Below are positions 49,801 to 62,419 of a DNA stretch of 64,000 nucleotides, one piece after another; position 1 is the stretch's first letter; every line of letters starts with the position of its first letter. The position numbers were made by a program, and so were the translations under genes. Under the pieces are notes generated by a model. That model saw only the letters and a program-made list of their open reading frames with translations. It was not told where the DNA came from and did no database searches. Origin of the DNA: Phyllobates terribilis (Eukaryota); NCBI RefSeq assembly GCF_046119375.1, contig NW_027362768.1, forward strand, positions 185,628,001 to 185,692,000, given 5' to 3'.

Positions 49801-52800
49801 CACGGTGTGGGGCGGGGAGGATGCACGGTGTTGTATGGGGCGGGTAGGGTGCACGGTGTGGTACGGGGAGGGAAGTGTGCATGGTGTGGTACGGGACGGG
49901 GAGGGTGCACCGTGTGGTACAGGTCAGGGAGGGTGCACTGTGTGTTATGGGGCGGGGAGGGTGCACCGTGTGATGCGGGGAGGGTGCACGGTTGTGGTAC
50001 TGGGCGGGGAGGGTGCACGGAGTGATACGGGGCGGGGAGGGTGCACGGTGTGGTACTGGACGGGGAGGGTGCACGGTGTGGTACTGGACGGGGAGGGTGC
50101 ACGGTGTGGTACTGGACGGGGAGGGTGCACGGTGTGGTACTGGACGGGGAGGGTGCACGGTGTGGTACTGGACGGGGAGGGTGCACGGTGTGGTACTGGG
50201 CGGGGAGGGTGCACGGTGTGATACTGGGCGGGGAGGGTGCAGTGCACAGTAAGTGTATGATATGTTGATGGGACCATCCTAGCAATATGTGATCATGGAT
50301 TGATGGGAGTCCACCGTCGATAGCCTTCACCATCCTAAGGTAAGTGCTACAGTACATTCACGGTATTCCCTGCAGGGCAGCGCTCTCGTATACCCGCTCT
50401 GCAGGGCACTGCAGCTCTGCTCCCTTCACATTGATGAGACTGTGTTGCAGTTCTCTTGAGTGTCCGTGTTATATTGACCCCTGGTACTCACACTGATTGT
50501 TAGAAGACTGGGGCTGAGCCGGGGTGTATCGCACCGCTGCTTTCTGCTGATCGCAGGTGTCCTAGAATCGGCCGCAGTGATGGGATTTACATGAATAAAC
50601 CTAATCCCCATTTGTGCTCAGATTTCAGGTCTTCAGAAAGCAACAGGAGACGCGGTGCTGAAGTTTGAGCCCTTCGTCCTCCATGTACAGTGTCGTGAAC
50701 TGCAGGATGCACAGATGCTGGTAATTACAGGTGCACATGGACAGGTGTAGCAGAGCCAAGTTTGTACTTTAACACTGTTATGATGCAATAGAACTTCTAT
50801 TGCATTATTATTGAATTTACAAGATTGTCGCCTTCCTTGCAGATCGCCAGAGCTGTCTTCAGGTTATACGTGTTATTGCAGGACAGGGCTACTCATTGTA
50901 TTGGAGCTCCATGGCCCGGGGTGCAGCCGTCACTTTCTAAAAGCAAACCGTATATTGGATGCACTTCTTTCCTCTTCCGTATATTGGTTGCTAGTTGGGT
51001 TATGAGATCTTTGGTCGGGCTAGACCGGAAAATATATCCACTACGCAGTCATGTCAACTGGCCCTTTAGCTTAATAAAAAGTCAGTGTTTCTATGACAAA
51101 CACAGCTCTGCTACATCCGTAACTTACCTTATATAAACCTGTGGGCTTGTGTTAGAGGTAGAGAAGCTCCGCTACAGGCCGCAACCAACGCAGATTATGG
51201 CATGAATCATGTCTGACGTTAACGCTGTATCTCACCCTCCCTACAGCACGGGGTCGCCATTAATTCGGGGTTCAGGAATTCTGGAATAACGGTCGGCAAG
51301 AAAGGGAAAATTATAATGGTGAGTATCTATCTCTGCAGTGGTGTATTGGACATTAACTGGGGGATAAAAATATCGTCTTTAGGCTGGGGCTGCAATTTGT
51401 TAACCCCAAAGATCACGCTCTGCCACCGCTTCATCACAGCATAACGTAGGTGAGCGTCGTCCCGTTGTGACCAGCAAGTCACATAAAACCCAGTGAGGTT
51501 TCCATGTTTTGCTATTTGTATGACGTGGTTGCAACAGCTTTACAGTAATATCAGTTTTTGCTCAGAGCTTTTCCTTTCAAAGGGTTGTCGACTAGCAAAA
51601 TAACTTGTAAAGATGGGCCCATGGCGGTGCTAAAATAAAACAAACCCACCCAGCCCACGCCTCTTCTCCTTACTGCTGCTGGTGTGTTCCTCCTCCGGCC
51701 GTGGAGGTGTCGGGTGCTGACGTTACGTTCCGGCTGACCAGAATAAACAGTATTTTGGCCTGGTCAGAATCTGCCCTGGATGTTTGGATGCAGCGATCAC
51801 CTGATCCCCCCCTCCCACCGTAAGTCAAAAGGCCAGAGCGGACCCTGACAGCAGTATGGAGGAACCATGTCTACAGTGGGCGAGTAACCACAGAGCAGCT
51901 GAATCTCCCTGAATCTCGTCACTCCGAGCTGCGTCCACATGTGATGGGGAAAATCTGCTCCAGGTTTCGCCCCGCGCGTTGCTAGTGTGTAGAGAGGATT
52001 GTTGATGCCGCTGCTGTAATTGGCTGTGGATTTTTAGCCTTTAAATCTAATCTGGCTGAGATCTCTTCTTGTCTCGCAGGCTGTACGGAGCACACATTGT
52101 CTTGAGGTGCCCTTAAGTCACAAGGCGAAGTGTCTGGTGAGCGAGGAATACATCGACTTCTTAGTGCAAAGCGCAAATCAGAAGATGAAAGAGAACAAGA
52201 AGAGGATTGCCAGGTAGGGCTCAGTGCGGACATGGGATAGATCGAATATCAGGGCAGAGTGACGGACAACGGGATGGAGGGCGAGTCGCCCCGGTGGTCG
52301 GCGGGATGGAGGGCGAGTCGCCCCGGTGGTCGGCGGGATGGAGGGCGAGTCGCCCCGGTGGTCGGCGGGATGGAGGGCGAGTCGCCCCGGTGGTCGGCGG
52401 GATGGAGGGTGAGTCGCCCCGGTGGTCGGCGGGATGGAGGGCGAGTCGCCCCGGTGGTCGGCGGGATGGAGGGCGAGTCGCCCCGGTGGTCGGCGGGATG
52501 GAGGGCGAGTCGCCCCGGTGGTCGGCGGGATGGAGGGCGAGTCGCCCCGGTGGTCGGCGGGATGGAGGGCGAGTGCTGTATCTCACAAATATCCCTGATC
52601 TGTTCTCTATTTCTGCAGATTTTACAGCTGCCTTCAAAAGGCTTTACACCAGAGGAACCATGTAAGGGACATGGACGGCGACCAGACGTCTGAGCGGGCG
52701 GTGTATAGTCGCCGGAGGAGGAGACAGGACGTAAGCCAAGCCAGCAGCCAGTGTGAGGACTCCGCGGACGATGAGGGGAGCAGTGTCTCGCTATTTCATG

Positions 52801-52823
52801 ATATGCCGCTATGGGATCTGTGA
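46606..52823 (+). CDS. tyw3: tRNA wybutosine-synthesizing protein 3 (SAM-dependent methyltransferase), 267 aa
   Basis: join(46606-46818, 49655-49735, 50622-50720, 51247-51318, 52080-52213, 52619-52823) = 804 nt, all GT-AG; motifs [31 protein letters not shown]. Confidence 0.93.
46933..48504 (+). mobile_element. Degenerate DD34E Tc1 of the IR/DR (Sleeping Beauty-like) type in tyw3 intron
   Basis: TA|CAGTGGTGTGAAAAA...TTTTTCACACCACTG|TA; about 200-bp TIRs with TGTGAAAAAGT direct repeats; QQDNGPKH-34-E; frameshifts. Confidence 0.88.
49155..49546. repeat. 32-bp minisatellite, about 12 copies
   Basis: GGCTGTCGCGTGACGGCTGCTCTTGTGGCACC. Confidence 0.92.
49655..49735 (+). CDS. tyw3: tyw3 exon [27 protein letters not shown]
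   Basis: 81 nt, AG/GT. Confidence 0.92.
49740..50240. repeat. 28-bp G-rich minisatellite
   Basis: GGGAGGGTGCACGGTGTGGTACTGGACG, starting immediately after the exon donor. Confidence 0.9.
50622..50720 (+). CDS. tyw3: tyw3 exon [33 protein letters not shown]
   Basis: 99 nt, AG/GT. Confidence 0.92.
51247..51318 (+). CDS. tyw3: tyw3 exon [24 protein letters not shown]
   Basis: 72 nt, AG/GT. Confidence 0.92.
52080..52213 (+). CDS. tyw3: tyw3 exon [15 protein letters not shown]...ENKKRIAR
   Basis: 134 nt, AG/GT. Confidence 0.92.
52270..52573. repeat. 32-bp GC-rich minisatellite, about 9.5 copies
   Basis: GGGATGGAGGGCGAGTCGCCCCGGTGGTCGGC; fills most of the last tyw3 intron. Confidence 0.93.
52619..52823 (+). 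CDS. tyw3: tyw3 last exon FYSCLQKAL...PLWDL*
   Basis: TTCTGCAG acceptor, phase consistent, TGA at 52821-52823. Confidence 0.9.
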
Positions 52824-53834
52824 TAATATGGGAACAAGTCATAAACTGGGCAAAGAACGGAGCGTTACAGGAGCCGTGGTGCAGGGCTGCGATATCAATA
52901 GTGCACGTTGTCTGGCAATACATCCTATCCCCAGCAGGTGGCGCTGTGCACAGGACGGTACAAGGCCAGTGACATTATTTAACGCGTGCTGCTGTATGGA
53001 CTTGGAAAGGTCTATGTCCAGATCTAACCACAGATTTTACTGATATGTGCTTTCTGTGGCCACTAGATGGTGCTGCTCCATTTATTTTTCATGAGATTCG
53101 AGCCCCGGTTCGTCATTTGCAATCTTTCAAGTCATTCTTGCCTTTTGTACGGTCAGGTTTTGCACTAATTTCATTATAATGGTGCACGATGCTTGAGCAA
53201 CTTGGCCAAGGTCAAAGATGACATCCTTTTTTTTTTTTTATTTTAGTAAAATATACAAAAACGTTGCCTTTTTCTAAATGTCACAAATGACGAATTAACA
53301 AAAAATATTGAGATAATGAATGAAAATCACCCCCCACATTGTGGAGCAAAGCCGCAAAATGATGACTGTGAAAACGGCACAAAATCTATAATGAATTTGG
53401 TGCCAAATTAAAAAAAAATCCTTAAACAAATTTTTACACTTTTACTCCAAAAAAAAGGGAGAAAAAAGAATGTGGAAATGTAGCAGAGCATTGTCTTAGG
53501 CCTTGTTCACACTGGCGTTTAACACCGCCGAGAGCTATGTGATGTTTTATCAGATAGCACTCGGACCCAACGTTATACTTTGGGACGGAGCAGATCTGAG
53601 ATTATCTTCTCGTGCCAATTCGCCAGCATGCTGCGGGTGCATCCATAATCGGATCACGTGCACCCATACGAGTCTATGGGAGCGTGTGAAACATCAGACT
53701 GCACTCGGATGTGATCAGAGTGCAGTCCGATTACTGCGGACACAGACATTGGAGAGGATGGAGAAATTACATTCATGTTGCAGGCAGAACCGTGCTGCCT
53801 GCTTAGAACTGATGATTTTCATCACTGAAATTTG

Positions 53835-54599
53835 CTTACCACCCCCTGGTGTATAACCTCCACCCGCCATGCTGTCTGCCTTTATAAACATGTGACAGAA
53901 CGGCCGGTGGTGCAGAACTCACTGATACCAGCTCTCTCAACATCACCAAGCACAATGTCGAGCGTCGGATGGAGTGGTGTAAAGCCGCCACCACTGGACT
54001 CTGGAGGAGACGTGTCCTGTGCAGTGATGGATCACACTTCTCTATCTGCGTCTGATGGAGGAGTCGGGGTTTGGTGATTCCAGGAGGACGTTACCCCCTG
54101 ACTGCATTGTGCCGCTGTACAGATGGTGGAGGAGGATAATGCTATGGGCTGTTATCAGGGGGCGGCCGCGGACCCTCACCTCCAGTGATGGGAAATCTTC
54201 ATCTTCACCACAAGACATTGTGGATAATTGTAGTTTCAGCTTTGTGGGAACAGTTTGGGGTTCGTCCTTATCTGTCCCCCATCACTGCGTCCAGTGCACA
54301 AGCTCCATACAGACATGGAGGGAACATGTGCGGCCGCACAGAGCCCGGACCCTAGCCCCATCCTATAATGGAGATTGTGAGCCCGGACCCCCCTAACATC
54401 AGGGTCTGACCCCACAAATGATCTTCTGGATGAAGGGGCAAAAATTCCCACAGACGTCTCCAACATCTTATAGAAATCCCAGAAGAGCAAGAGCCGTTAT
54501 ATCTGCAGAGGACGACTCCATATTAATGTCTGCGGATTGAGGGTCAGAAAAGCTCCTTGGGGGCATGTAGAGGGTGCACATACTTTTGCACATGTAATG
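53835..54599 (+). mobile_element. 5'-truncated decayed Tc1 relic, same family as 6031-7598
   Basis: Long colinear similarity with 6580-7600; ends CATACTTTTGCACATGTAATG|TA. Confidence 0.7.
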
Positions 54600-55045
54600 T
54601 ATATAGATCCTGTATACTGCAAAAATATAAAGAGCTAATGATGAAACATTAAATGCCATACTGTCTGATAATCCAGAATGTCCTACACTGCAGCTTTTCT
54701 TGGATCTGTGTGTGTATATGTATATGTATGTATATATATATATATATATATATACACACTGCTCAAAAAAATAAAGGGAACAACACAATGTAACTCCAAG
54801 TAAATCAAACTTCTGTGAAATCGAACTGTCCACTTAGGAAGCAACACTGATTGACAATCAATTTCACATGCTGTTGTGCAAATGGAATAGACAATAGGTG
54901 GAAATTATTGGCAATTATCAAGACACCCTCAATAAAGGAGTGGTTCTGCAGGTGGGGACCACAGACCACATCTCAGTACCAATGCTTTCTGGCTGATGTT
55001 TTGGTCACTTTTGAATGTTGGTTGTGCTTTCACACTCGTGGTAGC

Positions 55046-55849
55046 ATGAGATGGACTCTACAACCCACAGAAGTTGCTCAGGTAGTGCAGCTCATCCAGG
55101 ACGGCAGATCAATGCGAGCTGTGGCAAGAAGGTTTGCTGTGTCTGTCAGCGTAGTGTCCAGAGGCTGGAGGCGCTACCAGGAGACAGGCCAGTACACCAG
55201 GAGACGTGGAGGGGGCCGTAGGAGGGCAAGAACCCAGCAGCAGGACCGCTACCTCCGCCTTTGTGCAAGGAGGAACAGGAGGAGCACTGCCAGAGCCCTG
55301 CAAAATGACCTCCAGCAGGCCACAAATGTGCATGTGTCTGCACAAACGGTTAGAAACCAACTCCATGAGGGTGGTATGAGGGCCCGACGTCCACAGATGG
55401 GGGTTGTGCTCACAGCCCAACACCGTGCAGGATGCTTGGCATTTGCCACAGAACACCAGGATTGGCAAAGTCACCACTGGCGCCCTGTGCTCTTCACAGA
55501 TGAAAGCAGGTTCACACTGAGCACATGTGACAGACGTGACAGAGTCTGGAGACGCCGTGGAGAGCGATCTGCTGCCTGCAACATCCTTCACCATGACCGG
55601 TTTGGCAGTGGGTCAGTAATGGTGTGGGGTGACATTTCTTTGGAGGGCCGCACAGCCCTCCATGTGCTCGCCAGAGGTAGCCTGACTGCCATTAGGCATC
55701 GAGATGAGATCCTCAGACCCCTTGTGAGACCATATGCTGGTGTGGTTGGCCCTGGGTTCCTCCTAATGCAGGACAATGCCAGACCTCATGTGGCTGGAGT
55801 GTGTCAGCAGTTCCTGCAAGATGAAGGCATTGAAGCTATAGACTGGCCC
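55046..55849 (+). pseudogene. Tc1 transposase, interrupted; catalytic E replaced by Q after the insertion (LNPIQHIW)
   Basis: FTDESRF and LMQDNARPH motifs; continues at 57190 as AHSPDLNPIQ. Confidence 0.88.
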
Positions 55850-57181
55850 CAGGGGTGGATTAAGAGTAGCAAGGGCCCCGGGCAGTTTAGAAGGTGCGGG
55901 CCCCCACACACACACACACCCACCTGATGTATCACGTGACATGTCACACGATCCCCTGTGATAGATCATGTGATATTTCACGTGAAATTAATTTGGCACA
56001 ATATTAATTATAATAATTTTTTTTAGGCTGTGTGCCCACTATGCGTTTAAGCGTTTCCACAGCGGCAATTCCGCTGCAGAAACGCTTAAAAAACGCTTGG
56101 TAGAAGGTGTGCAATGTTCCCCAATGATAATCCGCATGTGCTGTGCACATGCTGCGGAAATTTCCGCTGCGGATTATCATTGCGGAAAAATCCACAGCAC
56201 TACCAATTATTTTGCGGAAGCGCTGCGTTTTCGCTGCCATTGACTTGCATTAGATCGCATGATATCCGCTTCACTGCATCTGTACATGCGGAATACATGC
56301 GTTTCAATGTGCGGATGGTACCCGGGTGTGGAGGACAGGAGACTCTCCTCCGGACCCGGGTACCATAGAACCTGTAAAAAAAGAATAAAATAAAAGATAG
56401 CGGGAGGCCGCACGGCGCCATCTATACACAGCGGGAGGCCGCACGGCGCCACCTATACACAGCGGGAGGCCACACGGCGCCATCTATACACAGCAGGGGG
56501 CCGCACGGTGCCATCTATACACAGCGGGAGGCCGCACGATGCCATCTATACACAGCAGGAGGCCGCACGATGCCATCTATACACAGCGGGAGGCCGCACG
56601 GCGCCATCTATACACCGCAGGGGGCCGCATGGCGCCATCTATACACAGCAGGAGGCCGCACGGCGCCATCTATACAGAGCGGGAGGCCGCACGGCGCCCC
56701 CCCCAGAGATAGCAGGAGGCCGCACGGCGCCATCTATACTCAGCAGGAGGCCGCACGCAGTCATGCACACACACAAACATATACAGACATATACATACAC
56801 GCATAAACACATTTGAAACACAAAAATACATATAAACAGACATCACACAATGATATCTGCCTGCACACACACACACTCACCATCCCCCGGCTTGGCTCCA
56901 GTCCTCCTTCTCTTTTCCGGTGCAGCACTGCAGGCCGGGCGCCCACTGCGTGACGTCACAGCTAGGAGACACGGCCTCGCACAGGGCCGTGTCTCCTAGC
57001 AGTGACGCGGCCGGGCCAGCACAGGGGAAATTAAGTGCTGCAGTGCTGGCCTGGCCGAAGAAGAAGCCCCCCCCGCCACTGTCTGCCGGTATGTGCCGCG
57101 GCGCCGCACATATAACGAGGACCATCTGGCCATAGACACCCCGGCGGTAGCCCAGATTGCCCTCATTATAATCCGCCTATG
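55850..57181. mobile_element. Non-autonomous hAT-type element, 1332 bp
   Basis: 8-bp TSD ACTGGCCC (55842-55849 / 57182-57189); 13-bp imperfect TIRs CAGGGGTGGATTA / CATAGGCGGATTA. Confidence 0.85.
56400..56760. repeat. 31-bp minisatellite inside the hAT element
   Basis: CGGGAGGCCGCACGGCGCCATCTATACACAG. Confidence 0.9.
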
Positions 57182-57325
57182 ACTGGCCCGCCCATTCCCC
57201 AGACCTGAATCCGATTCAGCACATCTGGGACATCATGTCTCGCTCCATCCACCACAGACTGTCCAGGAGTTGGCGGATGCTTTAGTCCAGGTCTGGGAGG
57301 AGATCCCACAGGAGACCATCTGCAA

Positions 57326-60300
57326 CCTCATCAGGAGCATGCCCAGGCGTTGTTGGGAGGTCATACAGTCACGTGGAGGCCACACACAATACTCAGCCTC
57401 ATCAGGAGCATGCCCAGGCGTTGTAGAGAGGTCATACAGGCACGTGGAGGCCACACACAATACTCAGCCTCATCAGGAGCATGCCCAGGCGTTGTAGGGA
57501 GGTCATACAGGCACGTGGAGGCCACACACAATACTCAGCCTCATCAGGAGCATGCCCAGGCGTTGTAGGGAGGTCATACCGGCACGTGGAGGCCGCACAC
57601 AATACTCAGCCTCATCAGGAGCATGCCCAGGCGTTGTAGGGAGGTCATACAGGCACGTGGAGGCCACACACAATACTCAGCCTCATCAGGAGCATGCCCA
57701 GGCGTTGTAGGGAGGTCATACAGGCACGTGGAGGCCACACACAATACTCAGCCTCATCAAGAGCATGCCCAGGCGTTGTAGGGAGGTCATACCGGCACGT
57801 GGAGGCCGCACACAATACTCAGCCTCATCAGGAGCATGCCCAGGCGTTGTAGGGAGGTCATACCGGCACGTGGAGGCCACTCACAATACTCAGCCTCATC
57901 AGGAGCATGCCCAGGCGTTGTAGGGAGGTCATACCGGCACGTGGAGGCCGCACACAATACTCAGCCTCATCAGGAGCATGCCCAGGCGTTGTAGGGAGGT
58001 CATACCGGCACGTGGAGGCCACACACAATACTCAGCCTCATCAGGAGCATGCCCAGGTGTTGTAGGGAGGTCATACAGGCACGTGGAGGCCACACACAAT
58101 ACTCAGCCTCATCAGGAGCATGCCCAGGCATTGTAGGGAGGTCATACCGGCACGTGGAGGCCACACACAATACTCAGCCTCATCAGGAGCATGCCCAGGC
58201 GTTGTAGGGAGGTCATACAGGCACGTGGAGGCCACACACAATACTCAGCCTCATCAGGAGCATGCCCAGGTGTTGTAGGGAGGTCATACAGGCACGTGGA
58301 GGCCACACACAATACTCCGCCTCATCAGGAGCATGCCCAGGCGTTGTAGGGAGGTCATACAGGCACGTGGAGGCCACACACAATACTCAGCCTCATCAGG
58401 AGCATGCCCAGGCGTTGTAGGGAGGTGATACCGGCACGTGGAGGCCGCACACAATACTCAGCCTCATCAGGAGCATGCCCAGGCGTTGTAGGGAGGTCAT
58501 ACCGGCACGTGGAGGCCGCACACAATACTCAGCCTCATCAGGAGCATGCCCAGGCGTTGTAGGGAGGTCATACTGTCACGTGGAGGCCGCACACAATACT
58601 CAGCCTCATCAGGAGCATGCCCAGGCGTTGTAGGGAGGTCATACAGTCACGTGGAGGCCACACACAATACTCAGTCTCATCAGGAGCATGCCCAGGCGTT
58701 GTAGGGAGGTCATACAGGCACGTGGAGGCCACACACAATACTCAGCCTCATCAGGAGCATGCCCAGGTGTTGTAGGGAGGTCATACAGGCACGTGGAGGC
58801 CACACACAATACTCCGCCTCATCAGGAGCATGCCCAGGCGTTGTAGGGAGGTCATACAGGCACGTGGAGGCCACACACAATACTCAGCCTCATCAGGAGC
58901 ATGCCCAGGCGTTGTAGGGAGGTGATACCGGCACGTGGAGGCCGCACACAATACTCAGCCTCATCAGGAGCATGCCCAGGCGTTGTAGGGAGGTCATACC
59001 GGCACGTGGAGGCCGCACACAATACTCAGCCTCATCAGGAGCATGCCCAGGCGTCGTAGGGAGGTCATACTGTCACGTGGAGGCCGCACACAATACTCAG
59101 CCTCATCAGGAGCATGCCCAGGCGTTGTAGGGAGGTCATACAGTCACGTGGAGGCCACACACAATACTCAGTCTCATCAGGAGCATGCCCAGGCGTTGTA
59201 GGGAGGTCATACAGGCACGTGGAGGCCACACACAAGACTCAGCCTCATCAAGAGCATGCCCAGGCGTTGTAGGGAGGTCATACAGACACATGGAGGCCAC
59301 ACACAATACTGAGCCTCATCAGGAGCATGCCCAGGCGTTGTAGGGAGGTCATACCGGCACGTGGAGGCCGCACACAATACTCAGCCTCATCAGGAGCATG
59401 CCCAGGCGTTGTAGGGAGGTCATACAGTCACGTGGAGGCCACACACAATACTCAGCCTCATCAGGAGCATGCCCAGGCGTTGTAGGGAGGTCATACAGGC
59501 ATGTGGAGGCCACACACAATACTCAGCCTCATCAGGAGCATGCCCAGGTGTTGTAGGGAGGTCATACAGGCACGTGGAGGCCACACACAATACTCAGCCT
59601 CATCAGGAGCATGCCCAGGCGTTGTAGGGAGGTCATACAGACACGTGGAGGCCACACACAATACTCAGCCTCATCAGGAGCATGCCCAGGCGTTGTAGGG
59701 AGGTCATACCGGCACGTGGAGGCCGCACACAATACTCAGCCTCATCAGGAGCATGCCCAGGCATTGTAGGGAGGTCATACCGGCACGTGGAGGCCGCACA
59801 CAATACTCAGCCTCATCAGGAGCATGCCCAGGCGTTGTAGGGAGGTCATACCGGCACGTGGAGGCCGCACACAGTGCTCAGCCTCATCAGGAGCATGCCC
59901 AGGCGTTGTAGGGAGGTCATACAGTCACGTGGAGGCCACACACAATACTCAGCCTCATCAGGAGCATGCCCAGGCGTTGTAGGGAGGTCATACAGGCATG
60001 TGGAGGCCACTCACAATACTCAGCCTCATCAGGAGCATGCCCAGGTGTTGTAGGGAGGTCATACAGGCACGTGGAGGCCACACACAATACTCCGCCTCAT
60101 CAGGAGCATGCCCAGGCGTTGTAGGGAGGTCATACAGGCACGTGGAGGCCACACACAATACTCAGCCTCATCAGGAGCATGCCCAGGCGTTGTAGGGAGG
60201 TCATACAGGCACGTGGAGGCCACACACAATACTCAGCCTCATCAGGAGCATGCCCAGGCGTTGTAGGGAGGTCATACAGGCACGTGGAGGCCACACACAA

Positions 60301-62086
60301 TACTCAGCCTCATCAGGAGCATGCCCAGGCGCTGTAGGGAGGTCATACAGGCACGTGGAGGCCACACACAATACTCAGCCTCATCAGGAGCATGCCCAGG
60401 TGTTGTAGGGAGGTCATACAGGCACGTGGAGGCCACACACAATACTCAGCCTCATCAGGAGCATGCCCAGGCGTTGTAGGGAGGTCATACAGGCACGTGG
60501 AGGCCACACACAATACTCAGCCTCATCAGGAGCATGCCCAGGCGTTGTAGGGAGGTCATACAGGCACGTGGAGGCCACACACAATACTCAGCCTCATCAG
60601 GAGCATGCCCAGGCGTTGTAGGGAGGTCATACAGGCACATGGAGGCCACACACAATACTGAGCCTCATCAGGAGCATGCCCAGGCGTTGTAGGGAGGTCA
60701 TACAGGCACGTGGAGGCCACACACAATACTCAGCCTCATCAGGAGCATGCCCAGGCGTTGTAGGGAGGTCATACAGTCACGTGGAGGCCACACACAATAC
60801 TCAGTCTCATCAGGAGCATGCCCAGGCGTTGTAGGGAGGTCATACAGGCACGTGGAGGCCACACACAAGACTCAGCCTCATCAAGAGCATGCCCAGGCGT
60901 TGTAGGGAGGTCATACAGACACGTGGAGGCCACACACAATACTCAGCCTCATCAGGAGCATGCCCAGGCGTTGTAGGGAGGTCATACCGGCACGTGGAGG
61001 CCGCACACAATACTCAGCCTCATCAGGAGCATGCCCAGGCGTTGTAGGGAGGTCATACCGGCACGTGGAGGCCGCACACAATACTCAGCCTCATCAGGAG
61101 CATGCCCAGGCATTGTAGGGAGGTCATACCGGCACGTGGAGGCCGCACACAATACTCAGCCTCATCAGGAGCATGCCCAGGCGTTGTAGGGAGGTCATAC
61201 CGGCACGTGGAGGCCGCACACAATACTCAGCCTCATCAGGAGCATGCCCAGGCGTTGTAGGGAGGTCATACAGTCACGTGGAGGCCACACACAATACTCA
61301 GCCTCATCAGGAGCATGCCCAGGCGTTGTAGGGAGGTCATACAGGCATGTGGAGGCCACACACAATACTCAGCCTCATCAGGAGCATGCCCAGGTGTTGT
61401 AGGGAGGTCATACAGGCACGTGGAGGCCACACACAATACTCAGCCTCATCAGGAGCATGCCCAGGCGTTGTAGGGAGGTCATACAGACACGTGGAGGCCA
61501 CACACAATACTCAGCCTCATCAGGAGCATGCCCAGGCGTTGTAGGGAGGTCATACCGGCACGTGGAGGCCGCACACAATACTCAGCCTCATCAGGAGCAT
61601 GCCCAGGCGTTGTAGGGAGGTCATACCGGCACGTGGAGGCCGCACACAATACTCAGCCTCATCAGGAGCATGCCCAGGCATTGTAGGGAGGTCATACCGG
61701 CACGTGGAGGCCGCACACAATACTCAGCCTCATCAGGAGCATGCCCAGGCGTTGTAGGGAGGTCATACCGGCACGTGGAGGCCGCACACAATACTCAGCC
61801 TCATCAGGAGCATGCCCAGGCGTTGTAGGGAGGTCATACAGTCACGTGGAGGCCACACACAATACTCAGCCTCATCAGGAGCATGCCCAGGCGTTGTAGG
61901 GAGGTCATACAGGCATGTGGAGGCCACTCACAATACTCAGCCTCATCAGGAGCATGCCCAGGTGTTGTAGGGAGGTCATACAGGCATGTGGAGGCCACTC
62001 ACAATACTCAGCCTCATCAGGAGCATGCCCAGGCGTTGTAGGGAGGTCATACAGGCACGTGGAGGCCACACACAATACTCAGCCTC
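57326..62086 (+). repeat. 71-bp satellite, 67 units, derived from the transposase 3' end
   Basis: CCTCATCAGGAGCATGCCCAGGCGTTGTAGGGAGGTCATACAGGCACGTGGAGGCCACACACAATACTCAG encodes LIRSMPRRCREVIQARGGHTQY; span = 67x71+4. Confidence 0.96.
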
Positions 62087-62372
62087 GTTTTGACTTGTTT
62101 TAAGGACATTACATCAAAGTTGGATCAGCCTGTAGTGTGTTTTTCCACTTTAATTTTGGGGGTGACTCCAAATCCAGGCCTCCATTGGTTAATAAATGTG
62201 ATTTCCATTGATGATTTTTGTGTGATTTTGTTGTCAGCACATTCAACTTTGTACAGAACAAAGTATTCAATGAGAATATTTCATTCCTTCAGATCTAGGA
62301 TGTGGTATCTGAGTGTTCCCTTTATTTTTTTGAGCCGTGTATATATATATGTACACTGCAGCATATCTTGGG

Positions 62373-62416
<44 letters not shown>

Positions 62417-62419
<3 letters not shown>

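Larger units (their letters stand above)
54757..62339 (+). mobile_element. Tc1 (DD34E lineage) inflated to 7.6 kb by a hAT insertion and an internal satellite
   Basis: CACTGCTCAAAAAAATAAAGGGAAC / GTTCCCTTTATTTTTTTGAGCCGTG|TA termini; transposase from ATG 55046. Confidence 0.88.

Noticed and set aside
57233-62103. Repeated 65-75 aa ORFs (MWRPHTILSLIRSMPR...) as a tandem gene family
   Set aside because: Frame-shifting read of the 71-bp satellite derived from the transposase tail
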